DNA of 64,000 nucleotides from Zygnema circumcarinatum SAG 698-1b (taxonomy: Eukaryota > Plantae > Zygnematophyceae): the NCBI GenBank assembly GCA_037447605.1, contig CM074816.1, positions 2,012,525 through 2,076,524 of the forward strand, given 5' to 3'. This document shows, piece after piece, positions 1 to 10,860 of this stretch. Every line of letters begins with the position of its first letter. Position 1 is the first letter of the stretch. The translations under genes and the position numbers were made by a program. The notes below the pieces were generated by a model. The model was given only the letters and a program-made list of their open reading frames with translations, was not told where the DNA came from and did not search any database.

Positions 1-96
1 CCAGGAAAATTCAGTTCCTGCTGTCTTAATGAAAAACCAAGACACCAAGATGGGCAGTTCTAATGAAGCAAAATGGGTGCAGATTTCCCTCCTTAC

Positions 97-1714
97 CTCA
101 GCACGAGCTGCCAAAGTAGCAGTCAGGCTCATCTCTTTCTCTTTTGCAGCCTGAAGGGTTGCTGCTTTGGCAGCAGCAGCAGCTGCACGTGCAGCCCGAG
201 TGACTGCCGCCTTCGCACGGCCGGGAGCTGCATTTGATGCGGTGCTGCCCAGGCCTGACTGCGAGGCGGCTCCGCTCTGAGATGGTGCAGAGACAGCTGG
301 AGGCTGTGACGTCTCCCGAACACGGGAAGCAGCAGTTCGGTGGCCTTTGTTCCCCCACTTTTCTCCGACTGGTCCAGCAGCCTGGCCCATAAACAAGTCA
401 CAGTGAGCACAGCCTTCTTGTACACTTTAGCCACGCCACCAAAGGAAAACCAGAAAGGGGCAAGAGTTTTTAGTATGGGATGCTCCAACAAAACCGTTAA
501 AACGGACATACATTTACTTCAATTATCTGTACTGAGGCAGACTGGTCATAACATATGCCACATCATAGGAAAGGAAAGATTCGAATGAAACAGCTGCTTA
601 CGTCCTTTAAGACAAACCAGTATATGGAAGGCATCTGTTTACCTTGGTAGGGTTTTTGCTGACCTCATTCGCATTGCTCAAGTTGGTACCAAAAGTCCGC
701 CTGCACATTTTTCCACCAACGAGTCCACATTGATATCAGCAGTATTCAATTCCCAACTGTCGTGTGACTAAACATTTCTGCCGCCACCTCCAACACTGAC
801 AATTTCCTTTTCAATCAACACGAGTGTAGGATGCGTAAAATTCACCATAACTTCTTGAACTAGCACACGAGTCTTGCATTCCTGCTAAAAGGATACGGAA
901 GGGTTGTTACATTCACAACGTAATGCTCCGGCTACCCTCAACAGGGCAACAGCTATCCAACAGCTTTTTTGGAGGGGGAAACGTACTCTTGAGGTTCGGC
1001 CTTCACACTGCAGCCTTTCGACATAGCTCCAGCGAGGTTACCAAGATCTGCAAGAGCGTGCCGCTTGGTCTGAACATTGGTTGTTCCACGACCAGCTGCT
1101 TCTCCAACCAGCAATCCATTTCAGAAGCAAGCAATGCAAACAAAAGATACCTCACTTAACCACATAACGTCTCATCCTCTAAAACATGAGCCGCTGGTCT
1201 GGGATACCGGATTGCGGTTCCGTGCTTTCTAGACAGTCTGGTTGCCTCAACTATAGCTACTTCCATTCATTTGCTTCTGCCAGTTGGCAAAGAGTGCGCT
1301 TGTACGCTCACCCTTTGCAACAACTTTATTTTCCACTCGCTTGTTTTCGTCGCCAACATTTTCGGACTTCACTGCAGCCTGTTACAAATACAATTGCAAA
1401 GACGGTTTAAAAATATGTCGCTCAATTCGTCAAAAAAAAAAAAAAAGAGGAAAGGGGAAACATGGAACTTGGACAAAGACCAGAGTGAATTTCACACGAT
1501 TTATTAAAACACCGTCCAAAGAAATCATCCATTTGAACCATCGGTAACAGCTCAGCTCATCATAGACTCTCCCCTACACCTTACACGACCCTCGTCGCAC
1601 ACATGCCAGCCAGTTCAGGCTAGTAACTCTCACAGGCATAATAAGATACTGCAAGATGTCATGAGCCTTCGTTCTCGCATGACCACTCACATCACATACC
1701 CGGGTGTTATACAT
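97..1714 (-). CDS. CYCB: B-type mitotic cyclin, N-terminal part; gene continues past the left edge. Exons 1714-1700, 1378-1312, 1095-987, 700-643, 381-97
   Basis: Five exons join in frame via GT-AG: MYNTR|AAVKSENVGDENKRVENKVVAK|AGRGTTNVQTKRHALADLGNLAGAMSK...|RTFGTNL...|...EMSLTATLAARAE. D-box RHALADLGN at 1037-1063. SLTATLAARAE resembles the plant B1-cyclin TLTSVLTARSK motif. The cyclin box itself lies outside the window. Confidence 0.82.
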
Positions 1715-1965
1715 CTTGTCGGCTGTCAGCTGAGAAGAAGCACAGCACTAGAAAGCATACACAACACCCGCGCTCCAGCAGGTCCCTTGGCCTCGCCCCT
1801 CCCTCTTATCCCTCTTATCCCGCAAACAGCAGCACCGAGTTAGGGCCTTGCACTCGAGGTCCGGGAGGCAGAGGAGCAGGAGGAGGGGGCGAGCAGGCGT
1901 TAGGAGGGTACGGAGGAGCAGGCGCAGGCCATGGACGGAGGGAGGGGCCGCGCGGCGGCCCTTTA

Positions 1966-2235
1966 TTCGAACGCCCCCGCCCGCCCGCCCGCCCAACGAC
2001 AACGCGGGCGGCGGGCGCCAACGTTCACACGCCGCCCCCGCCCCGCGCGGAACCCGGCGAACGGGACGCCGCGCGCAGCCGTCCGATGGCGCATCTGACG
2101 GCGGGGAGGGGCTCCGTGATGGGCGCTGGCCGCGACACGTGGCACGGAAACGCGGGAGGGGCCGATTGTCAACGGGCTTGTACAACGGCAGGCGGCCGTA
2201 CGGAGGGCACTGTACGGTCGCGCTCGACAACGGGC
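1966..2235. promoter_or_regulatory. Cyclin B promoter: cluster of MSA-like AACGG cores plus a CHR-like TTCGAA
   Basis: CAACGG at 2170-2175, 2183-2188 and 2228-2233; AACGG at 2060-2064; TTCGAA at 1966-1971 with a GC-rich tract directly upstream on the gene strand; one CACGTG at 2136-2141. Confidence 0.6.
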
Positions 2236-2250
2236 TCCGCCACTGCTGCA

Positions 2251-2540
2251 GCATGGCATGGGATGTCATGGCATGGGATGGCATGGCATGGGATGGCATG
2301 GCATGGGATGGCATAGCATGGGATGGCATGGCATGGGATGGCATGACATGGGATGGCATGGCACGGGATGGCATGGCATGGGATGGCATGGCATGGGATG
2401 GCATGGGATGGGATGGCATGGCACGGGATGGCATGGCATGGGATGGCATGGCATGGGATGGCATGGCATGGGGCTGCACGGCATGGCATGGCATGGGATG
2501 GCATGGCATGGGGCTGCACGGCATAGTATGGCATGGGATG
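2251..2540. repeat. Pentamer satellite (GCATG/GGATG)n, about 58 units, with a 15-bp higher-order period
   Basis: Read directly: GCATG GCATG GGATG repeated with a few variants. It produces the spurious MAWDG and HAMPS ORFs. Confidence 0.97.
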
Positions 2541-3004
2541 CAGGTTGGCGCGGCGTTACCGTCGCCCTCCATAGATGGTGGATGGGTACGTTGGTTGGTT
2601 GGCAGTGCAACTGTAAAGCTATGCCTGCCTAGGAGGGATCGCCTGACGGCACATGCGGCAGAAGGCTGAAACAAAGTTTTCAGTAGATGAACAACAAAAG
2701 GCAACGACATCTGAGGACTCGCATGACATGTGTTCAGAATTCCTCACATACACAAACATGTTTCACTCCTATTGACCCGCCAATCGGCTCTCTTTCGGCG
2801 CCAGCGTCAAAAAAATCCAGTTATGTTCCCAAAAGAAATCTTTATTTTACACATTAATGTAAAAGGAGTCCTTACAGCATTAACCAGTTTCTTTGCAGCA
2901 GTCATGGCAGAAGCTCTTCTAGTTTTCAAACAACCTCCTTCATACACTGCACTGCTCTTCTAGGTTTCAAGCACGCTCCATACCCTGCACATTCACTTTA
3001 CTTT

Positions 3005-5817
3005 CTACGAGACCATGTACCAAAGCGGCTGCTCTATTCTCTCTCCACTACCTCCCTCGGCGACAACAGGCAAAGGCCAGTTTCCTGCCTCCTTTCCACC
3101 GACGATTACTGGCCAGCCATGTCTGCTCGGAGGGTCAACCTGCCGTGGACTCAGACTGAACACCCACGGAGGAACCACAGACAGGTCGCCTTTACCAATT
3201 CTATCGTTTCTACCAGTCATCACATTCTGGGCACCTAAGCACTCTGCCTCTCTTGCAATGCTCTTTGGAATTGAAGCGGTTTTTGGCAGCTGGATATCCG
3301 CCGCTGAAGAATACGTTTGAGGATTTTTCTCAGGAACGGCACAAGGGACTCCTTTGTGTGGCCCAAACCCTTTCACGACTATGCTGGGCATTGGCATCTC
3401 CAAACTCTGTAGCCCGTTCGTGAACCGGTTGTCAACTTCAGGTTCGCCTTTAAGTGATTTCGATGGCGACTCAATGTTAGCAATTGGTATTCGATACCAG
3501 AGACCAACCTTTGGGTCAACTGCCCACACTGTTGGAACTGTCTTTTCCACATCATCACCCTTCTTCTCCAGACCATGATACGGGAGACCCACTCCATCTA
3601 CAAATGGCTCAAACGAAAGTCGCTGAGGTGCTTTTGTATTCCAAAGCCATTCCTGGCCTGGAGATGCACGTGGCATCACGTTGATTGAATCTGCCTCTTT
3701 GGGAAACCCATTCAGCGCGGATGAACTCCCAGGGTGTACACTGACCATGGCTGGAGACGCCTTCACAAGGTGCTGCTGCGGTGGCCACAGGGAAGGCGCT
3801 GCTGGCATAAAGCCGTAGGGAGGCCCAACTGCTGCGAATGGCTCTGCAATCTTCTCATTCTTCGGGTAAAGAAGTTTCTCCATGAGCTCCACCTTCTGTA
3901 AAAGCGCATCCAACATGGCCGCCTGCTGCAGGGCCACGTGAGCTTGCTTTTCCCGCGCCTCTCCTTCCCTCTCCAGCCGTGCCTTCAGAACTTCATTTTG
4001 ATTCCGGAGTTCCTCAAGAAGCTGTTCCTGCACTTCCTTGCTGCGCACAGATGCAGTTACGCCCGGGATATTCATAGGCTTGTTGGTGGAATCTGCCAAG
4101 AGTGCGTCCTTTCCGGATGCATATTGATCTACGGAGGAGTGCATTGTCTCTTCGAGCTTCACATCGGCAGTCGTCGAAGTGCAGCTGCCTTCCTTGCCTA
4201 CAACCAATTCAGCCGATGCTGGTCTCGTCGCCGACGAGGCCTCCTCTGCTCGCCCTTGAATGACAGCGTCCTCTTTGTTTTCCTGTCCTCCACTCAATAC
4301 AACCACTGTCTCAGGCTTAAAGTCCACATTTCCATTCAGATTAAACTTTTGCTCGTTCGTCGCACCGTCACCAATGTTTAAGTTCCCTTCCATCTGCTCA
4401 ACCTCTCCTACAGGAACATTTTCTCCATCGTCGCCCACGCTGGAATCAGAATGCTCAGTAAGTACAGCACTCCTCAAACCCTTGCCTGCAACCTGTTCCG
4501 CATTCGGCAAACCCTCATCATCAGTGCCTGTGTTGCGTACTGATGGTACCATATCGATATTTTGTTGCTGTAAGCTAGATTCTACAGCGTCCAGAGACGC
4601 CTCGCCTCCATCGACCGAAAGGTCAACATTGCCACTGTTGCAGTCCTCCTCTTGTGAACTTAAAGCGGTGTCATCCTGTCCAGCGGCTAATTTCACGTTA
4701 CGACCTTGAGGCATAGAGTCGAGACTGTCCATAAGCGCAATCACTTTCCGTGCGGTGCACTTCCGAATGTCCCGTACAGAGTCAAGTGGATTCTGCATAC
4801 TCACCAAAAAGCACCGTATTAGCGACGAACATTCAATTTCTTTTTACCAAGGACTTACCGTACACTTCCAAATATACTCCCGTAGCAAGCTGCGACGCGG
4901 CAATAACCTCCCCACTGGCCTTTCATCACTTCGACCCTATCATTAAGCCACAAGAATCGCTAGCATCAACAATATCACACCTACAAGAGTGTACTCATGG
5001 CAACAAAGTTTTTTTTCATGTGGGCCTTATGAAAGATGCGCCTAAGCCTTACCTGCACAGTGTCAAGCCGAAGCAGCAGACCCATCAGTGCTTCAGACAT
5101 TTGCAACCTCTGCTTCGAATCCAAGTGTGACTTCTCGCCCGCAGTTGGCTCTAGATACTGACGCTTCAATGCCTCCAAACCAGATTTCACTCCCTCCACA
5201 ATTCGGAGCTGATTGATAGGCTCTCCTTGTCTAACTCTGTGCCCACGATATGCTGCCTGAATCTTTGCAGCAGCAACATTGACGTCCACAAAAGCAGAAG
5301 TTGCAGATTCTGTTTCAATCCGTGTCGAAGCATTGGCAGAACCATCCGAAGAAGGAGCGCTGACAAATTCTGCAGAAAGAGGTACTTCCGAGTTGCTTCC
5401 AGAGACGCCCCCCTGCTCTAAACTAGCACTGACAGGGCTAGTCTGCTTTTCATCCGCAACAGCCTCCTTCAAGGTTACCGGGACAGCGTTAACTCGAAAT
5501 AATACTGGAACTTTTTTTGCATCCCCTGCCGCAGGCCTCATCCTGCCGGAGGAAGGTGGAGAGCGAGCGAATCCCTTTCTAGAAGTAGTTTCTGAGTCGG
5601 ACGAAGGCGCGGCTGCATAACGATGGGATATCTCAGCTGAAGGATTTCTTTTGGCGGCTAAATCTGCCCAAAATGGTCCGGCCTCCATTCTTGCCGAGTC
5701 ATAGTGCTGCTGCATGGGAAACACGAACGGGTAAGCGCTGCCGTTAGGGTGCCACGATCCTGGAACCTGATAAAAGTGAGGAATTCCCATGTCTTCGAAG
5801 AGCATTCCACCCCCCAT
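3005..5817 (-). CDS. BAG: Plant IQ-motif plus BAG-domain co-chaperone (BAG5/6/7 class, BAG6-like size, about 850 aa). Exons 5817-5053 and 4792-3005
   Basis: IQ motif AAAKIQAAYRGHRVR followed by BAG helices QRLQMSEALMGLLLRLDTVQ|NPLDSVRDIRKCTARKVIALMDSLD, joined by a phase-0 intron. A long acidic disordered region and a coiled coil follow. Confidence 0.88.
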
Positions 5818-6050
5818 GGCGAGACGCAGGCACTCAAACTACTGCTGCCCCTTCACACGATAGAAAAATCAATCGCCGGGATCCGCACGAGCTGTGTAGG
5901 AACGACGCTGCTTCTGAAAACTGTAGAGCACACCCGCAGGTTTGCTGCTGGAAACACTCCCGACTATCCCCTCCACTTTCCAGCACTCTATAAATAGCTC
6001 CATCTGGCTACGCAGAAATACCGCGGCGTGGCCAAGCATTGTGGCAGAGC

Positions 6051-6159
6051 GTGCTAGAAGAGGCGCGAGCCTTCCAGGATCTCGCGCGACCCTTCCCTTC
6101 CGCTGACGAGAGGGAGTGCGACAGGGAGAGTGAGAGAGAGGCGCCGAACGTTCGCGACA
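6051..6159. promoter_or_regulatory. Heat-shock-element-like arrays upstream of BAG
   Basis: 5-bp phased gTGCt aGAAg aGGCg cGAGc cTTCc aGGAt at 6051-6080 and cGAAc gTTCg cGACa at 6145-6159, upstream of an AT-rich TATA-like box near 5989-5997. Confidence 0.5.
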
Positions 6160-7276
6160 GAGCGAGAAGGAAAAGGCGTGACGAGCGTGACGCGACGGCT
6201 CTGTGAGGGCACCGCCTTGGCGCTGGCCCGTTCTGCATAACGGAACAGCGGATGGAAGGGCGCGCCCTGCAGTCGGGACACGTGTCGCGCTACGCAGAGG
6301 ACCGGGAGGAATTGAGGTACGGACCATACGGACGGCAGAGGGAGGGGAGGGAGGGAGGGAGACCATTCATTGGCTTGTTTGCCCAACCCGACTAGACAGC
6401 CGTTGGCACTGGTTGGCCCCCCGCTGAAGCCAAGGGTTGTTGGGCAATAAAGGAATCCACCCAACACTGGCGACGACTGGTCAGGTCCGCAAGCAGCAGC
6501 AGGGGCTTTGGACAACATGGGATGGCTTGAACCATTGCAAATACTAGCGAACCAATTTGTTCGCGATGTCCTGAACAGTTTTAGGCCAATTGGGCGCTGC
6601 ATCATCCCGAGATGATGGACTACGAGTCAGGTCTACACCTGATCTACCCACACGACTACTTTGACTTACTCAATGTACTAGCAACACGACATTATAAAAA
6701 TATAGCACGCTGAAACTTCTCAACATCCTTTGTGAAACCAATTTCTCAGAGAAATAACATCTCTTTTCCTCTGCACCAAACGCCAGCCTCGGCTGCTCCA
6801 CTTTCAAGCGTGTGACAGGCGTGAAATCACCATCTGCGGAAGCTCTCGATCTAAAAGCCATAAACTGTCCTCAAGCTTGACATTGACATCATGCCACGCA
6901 ACTATATTGTCAGCCGGATGACAGTTGTCGATGCGTGCACACCTCTGCATTGTGAAATGTGGTCAAAGCAGCTGCGGCTTCCTCATGATCCATTGCAAAA
7001 TTGGGGGAGGAGACGGAGAGATTCAGCAAAACAGAGGAACCACACAAGGCGTGCGAGAGAGGAGCCAGTTGACGGCGTGTACACGTTAAGCCATGGAGCT
7101 GTGCTTTTAGGCTCATCCTCGACCCCACTACCATCCACTGTTCGGGCAAACTTACTGGAAGCTGCCAGGCAATGTCCTTCCACGTTTTTTCCAACCGGCT
7201 CTCAATGGTCGAGAACTCAGCCGCCAACAGCCGTCAAGAAGGGATAAGCAGGCGTGTATTTGCACTCCAAGACCTT

Positions 7277-8761
7277 CTAGCTTCCACTCCCTTTGTCGTA
7301 GGTGAGGCTTGGAGGCCTTTGATCAAAGCGCACCTTCTGCGGGACAATATCTGAGTCATAAAAGCCCACAACTCGACAATTCATCATCAGACTGGCTGCC
7401 ACCCCTGCAGGTGACCGAAAACCACTAATTTAATAAAGCTGGCCTACAATCTTCTCCTTCTCCTGTATTGTTCATGCGAACAAGCATAAAAACAACGTAA
7501 ATTACTAAATAGAAACAAATGTCCGAGGCTTCCAGTCATCAACTGCATGCTAAGGGGAAAAAGGTGAGCTCATAACATTTACTGGCAACAAGAAGCATAA
7601 AACGAGCTCCAAAAATCGAACAGTCCTGATCTTGACTCGGGTGCCAAGTAAGTGCCAGAGTTCCGCATTAAGGTAATTCCTCCTCACCTCTCAAAAATTC
7701 CATTCTCTCTGATAACGCCACGTGCGTAGCTGCATCCATCACCGCCCATATGCTCACTCAATCTTCAACACTCTGGATGAGATATCCGCAGCGTATAAGA
7801 AGAAACAGTTATACAATCCAATTCATATTACCTATCTGTTCTTGGTGGTTACTGTTTCAAGCACATCCCCTTATGCAACCTGTTAGTATTCAGATATTTT
7901 CAGGTTCCAATTTAGGTACACGAGCTAGCTCGCAGGTTGCCTGTATAGCACAGAAGGGGGGTGTGAGGTGAGGTGAGCTGACCCAAGTCCTTATAGTGCA
8001 ACGTGTTTCGGCTTTCCTGGGCCATGTATGGATATCCTCCCTCGGTGAACAATTCCAAAAATAGCTCCTGCAGAAAAGGGGTGACTTACAGTGAATAGCA
8101 TACAAATAGCATACAAAGGTAAAGAGAGCAGCGATCATCCAAAGAGCACCCACAAAAAGGACCACCTAACGGTATCATGCATTTGCCCACTTAACGACAG
8201 ATTGACTCGTATGCCTTTTGCTCTGGTAATGACTGCACAACAATTTTTTGTACAGGCATTCTCAAAGCACAATATTGTCGTCTGGATTCGTGAACGAGTC
8301 ATTGATGGCATGTACACCGACTCAATGTCAGCGTGGATTGACAGTCTCACCGCAGCCCTGGCGACCAATACTCCAGCCTCACTGCTCAAATACTGCACCT
8401 CGCCTTCTGCTTTCACTAGTCGCTTCACTCTCGCAATCGGCAGTTGTAAACCCACATTACAACGATTTTTGCCAAGGGAACCAGGAGCGCTAGCTTCATG
8501 TGCTGTTGATTCATGCGCTCCCAACTCCTCCCTCGCTTCTTCTGTCTCCTTCTTTTCAATTGCGTCTGCTTCCATACTGCAATTAACCTCTTCATTCATA
8601 TCATGGCCTTCCGTAGACTTGTCCAGTACAATAGTACCTGCTCCAATATATCCAACATATGGTTCCTCCTTGTCTGTGATAGGCATCGGTAGCGCACTGC
8701 TTGGCCTTGCCCATGCAGGATTAACAGTTGAAAGGCTTTCACTCATATCCTCAGAAGGCAT
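7277..8761 (-). CDS. Histone-fold protein of the NF-YC-like DPB3/POLE4/CHRAC1 group. Exons 8761-8351, 8067-7983, 7729-7688, 7350-7277
   Basis: Spliced product LPIARVKRLVKAEGEVQYLSSEAGVLVARAA|ELFLELFTEGGYPYMAQESRNTLHYKDL|ATHVALSERMEFLR|DIVPQK matches the H2A-like histone-fold signature. All intron phases are consistent. Confidence 0.88.
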
Positions 8762-9602
8762 TGCGAAGCTGCAGGAGGTATGGTGAAAATAATGCTTTAA
8801 GCAAGCTGACCAGGACTCACAAGACCAGGACTCGAACCTGTGATAAGATCACAAAAAGGGGACTGAGCTAAAATAAGGCCTTTGTGGAAGGCGAGGGAGA
8901 GGAAAAATGGGAGGGGCTGAGACAGAAGGGGAGAGAGAGAGGGTGCTGTTAAGGCTAACAAACCTGACAAACCTAAAAGTCGGAAAAAATTGGAGGAATT
9001 TACATTAAAGCATGGAGAAAGGAAAAAAATATTCTAATCAATAGACGTGGTTGCGTGCAGATGCGAAAATAATTGGCGGCAGTTTGTCGAAAGTTCAGAC
9101 AAATATAAGGAGCAATGAATGACTCTCAAATGGTATCAGCAAGAGCCGCTCGACAAGGGGCTTCCAAGAGTCCTGAACCTTTACTGCACCGTTCGGTTCT
9201 CGGGCCTATCCCTTTTGGCTGTAAACTTATCAGTCGGCAGGCTGTTGTTTTGGCGCAGATTTGTCCTTATTCGCAAGAAAAGCTGTGCAAAACAGTGCAT
9301 TCCCCGGTCAGTGAGGTCCCGGCGAGTGAGGGAATGGGTACGCGGATCGGCATTGACCTCGCTACAGTACCGCGTCACATGACGCTTGACGCAACGCCAT
9401 GCGGCAAAAGATGATTGTTTCGATGTTACAACCGGCATTTGGAAATTTTGTGAATGGTTGCCAACCATTGGCATCCACTGGTTCCGAACATTCGAATAGT
9501 TGTCTGGACCTGGCTCCAATGGTTGGCCCCCCAGTCGCCTGGTTGGTCCAAAGGTCCGCCCCCTGCTGGTCCGCCCTGTCCCCTGCCCCCGTCCGTCCCG
9601 AG

Positions 9603-10033
9603 TAGGGTTGGGGGCACGGGGCACGGGCATGCCCGGGGGGGGGGCATGCCCCCCATTTTTGACCGTCCGTGCCCGGGGCACGCCTCCAAAAATTTTCCCC
9701 ATATATTTCGTGCCCCCCCGTGCCCCCTGTCACGTGACGCTTACCTCGTACGACCAGGCCCGGGCCGGTGACGATTGTTGTGTTGAGTACTGTCCGTACT
9801 TTTCATATTTTCCCGTACCTGTGTACCTTTATCCGTACGTTTAGTACATTCATCTGTACTTTATGTACCTTCATCCGTACCGTTTTTAAAATAGTATATT
9901 CTTTTTGGGGCCGATTTGAATTGCTCAATGCAGTCACGTCACGGGGCACGAAAAAGGGGCATGCCCCCCCCCAAGGGGGGGGGGGCACGTGCCCCTGGGC
10001 ACGGGTCGGAGGGGGACCGTGCCCCCAACCCTA
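9603..10033. mobile_element. Non-autonomous hAT-type MITE, 431 bp
   Basis: Perfect 17-bp TIRs TAGGGTTGGGGGCACGG (9603-9619) and CCGTGCCCCCAACCCTA (10017-10033). Identical 8-bp flanks GTCCCGAG at 9595-9602 and 10034-10041. Many subterminal GGGCA(C/T)G motifs and an AT-richer core. Confidence 0.92.
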
Positions 10034-10331
10034 GTCCCGAGGTACCGCACGTCCGTACAGGGCGGCAGCGCGACCCGCCTCGGCCGTACACATTCGTACG
10101 ACCAGGAGACCCTCCGGTGTTCGCCGTACAGTGTCGGCGTCGTATGAGCGTACGGACGAACGGTCGGCGGCGCGGCATGTCAGCGCGTGTCAGCGCGCGC
10201 TGCGAGGGCTGCCGCGTGCCGTCGATCTCGCGCGAGTCTGAGCGATCGGGCGGCTGTAGGCCGCCCCCGCGCCTGCCTGCCAAGGGCTCATCCCCAGCCC
10301 GGTCAACCACGCCAATCCGGCGCGGCCCTCG

Positions 10332-10452
10332 CACGTGCGAGACTGCCGCTGACGAGACGCGGCCCGCAGCCAACTGGCGGGGCGACTCGCACGTGCGTCT
10401 CCGGGGCAAAGACTGCCACGTGGCCACCTCGGGGCGCAGCCGAGGACACGTG
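10332..10452. promoter_or_regulatory. G-box cluster upstream of the DUF1191 gene
   Basis: CACGTG at 10332, 10390, near 10417 (within GCCACGTGGC) and 10447. Confidence 0.5.
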
Positions 10453-10860
10453 TCCTGCAGGGGCGCGGGGAGAATTAGGGTTTGCTCCCCCCCGCCCTCG
10501 CCGCCCGTGCCCCCCCTCTCCCTCCCTCTCTCTCTCCTTCTCTCTCTCTCCGCCCGCCCCCGTCCCCGTCCCCTGTTGGCCGCGTGCCTCTCCCCCTCGT
10601 GTGTCTCCCGCTGCCTGCCGGCCTGCATTCAGCCCCCCCCTTCTCTTCACTTTCCCCCCTCCCTCCCCCCCCCCTCTCCGGGGGCGGAAGCCTGCGCAGT
10701 GTCTCAGAAGGCAGGTCGTTCGGGCGGGGAAGGCATGCTCGCCGCAGTGGCCGAGCGAAGCCGGCGGCCCGCGCATGGCGACTGGCGTAGGCTCCGCTCC
10801 TCTAAGCAATGAGCAAGTCGAGCAGTCGAGGAGTGGTGTGGAGAAGCGGTCGCCTTCGCC

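Noticed and set aside
888-896. GTATCCTTT, a U12-type donor-like motif on the minus strand in a cyclin intron
   Set aside because: No U12 branch point downstream, and the flanking exons already join in frame through a normal GT-AG intron.
1748-2710. Long ORFs (320 aa, 273 aa) with HAMPS/MAWDG repeats
   Set aside because: Translations of the pentamer satellite and GC-rich promoter; open in several frames with no domain signal.
6410-9532. 13-bp TGGTTGGCCCCCC present at 6410 and 9520
   Set aside because: Short, low complexity and without flanking similarity; compatible with chance.
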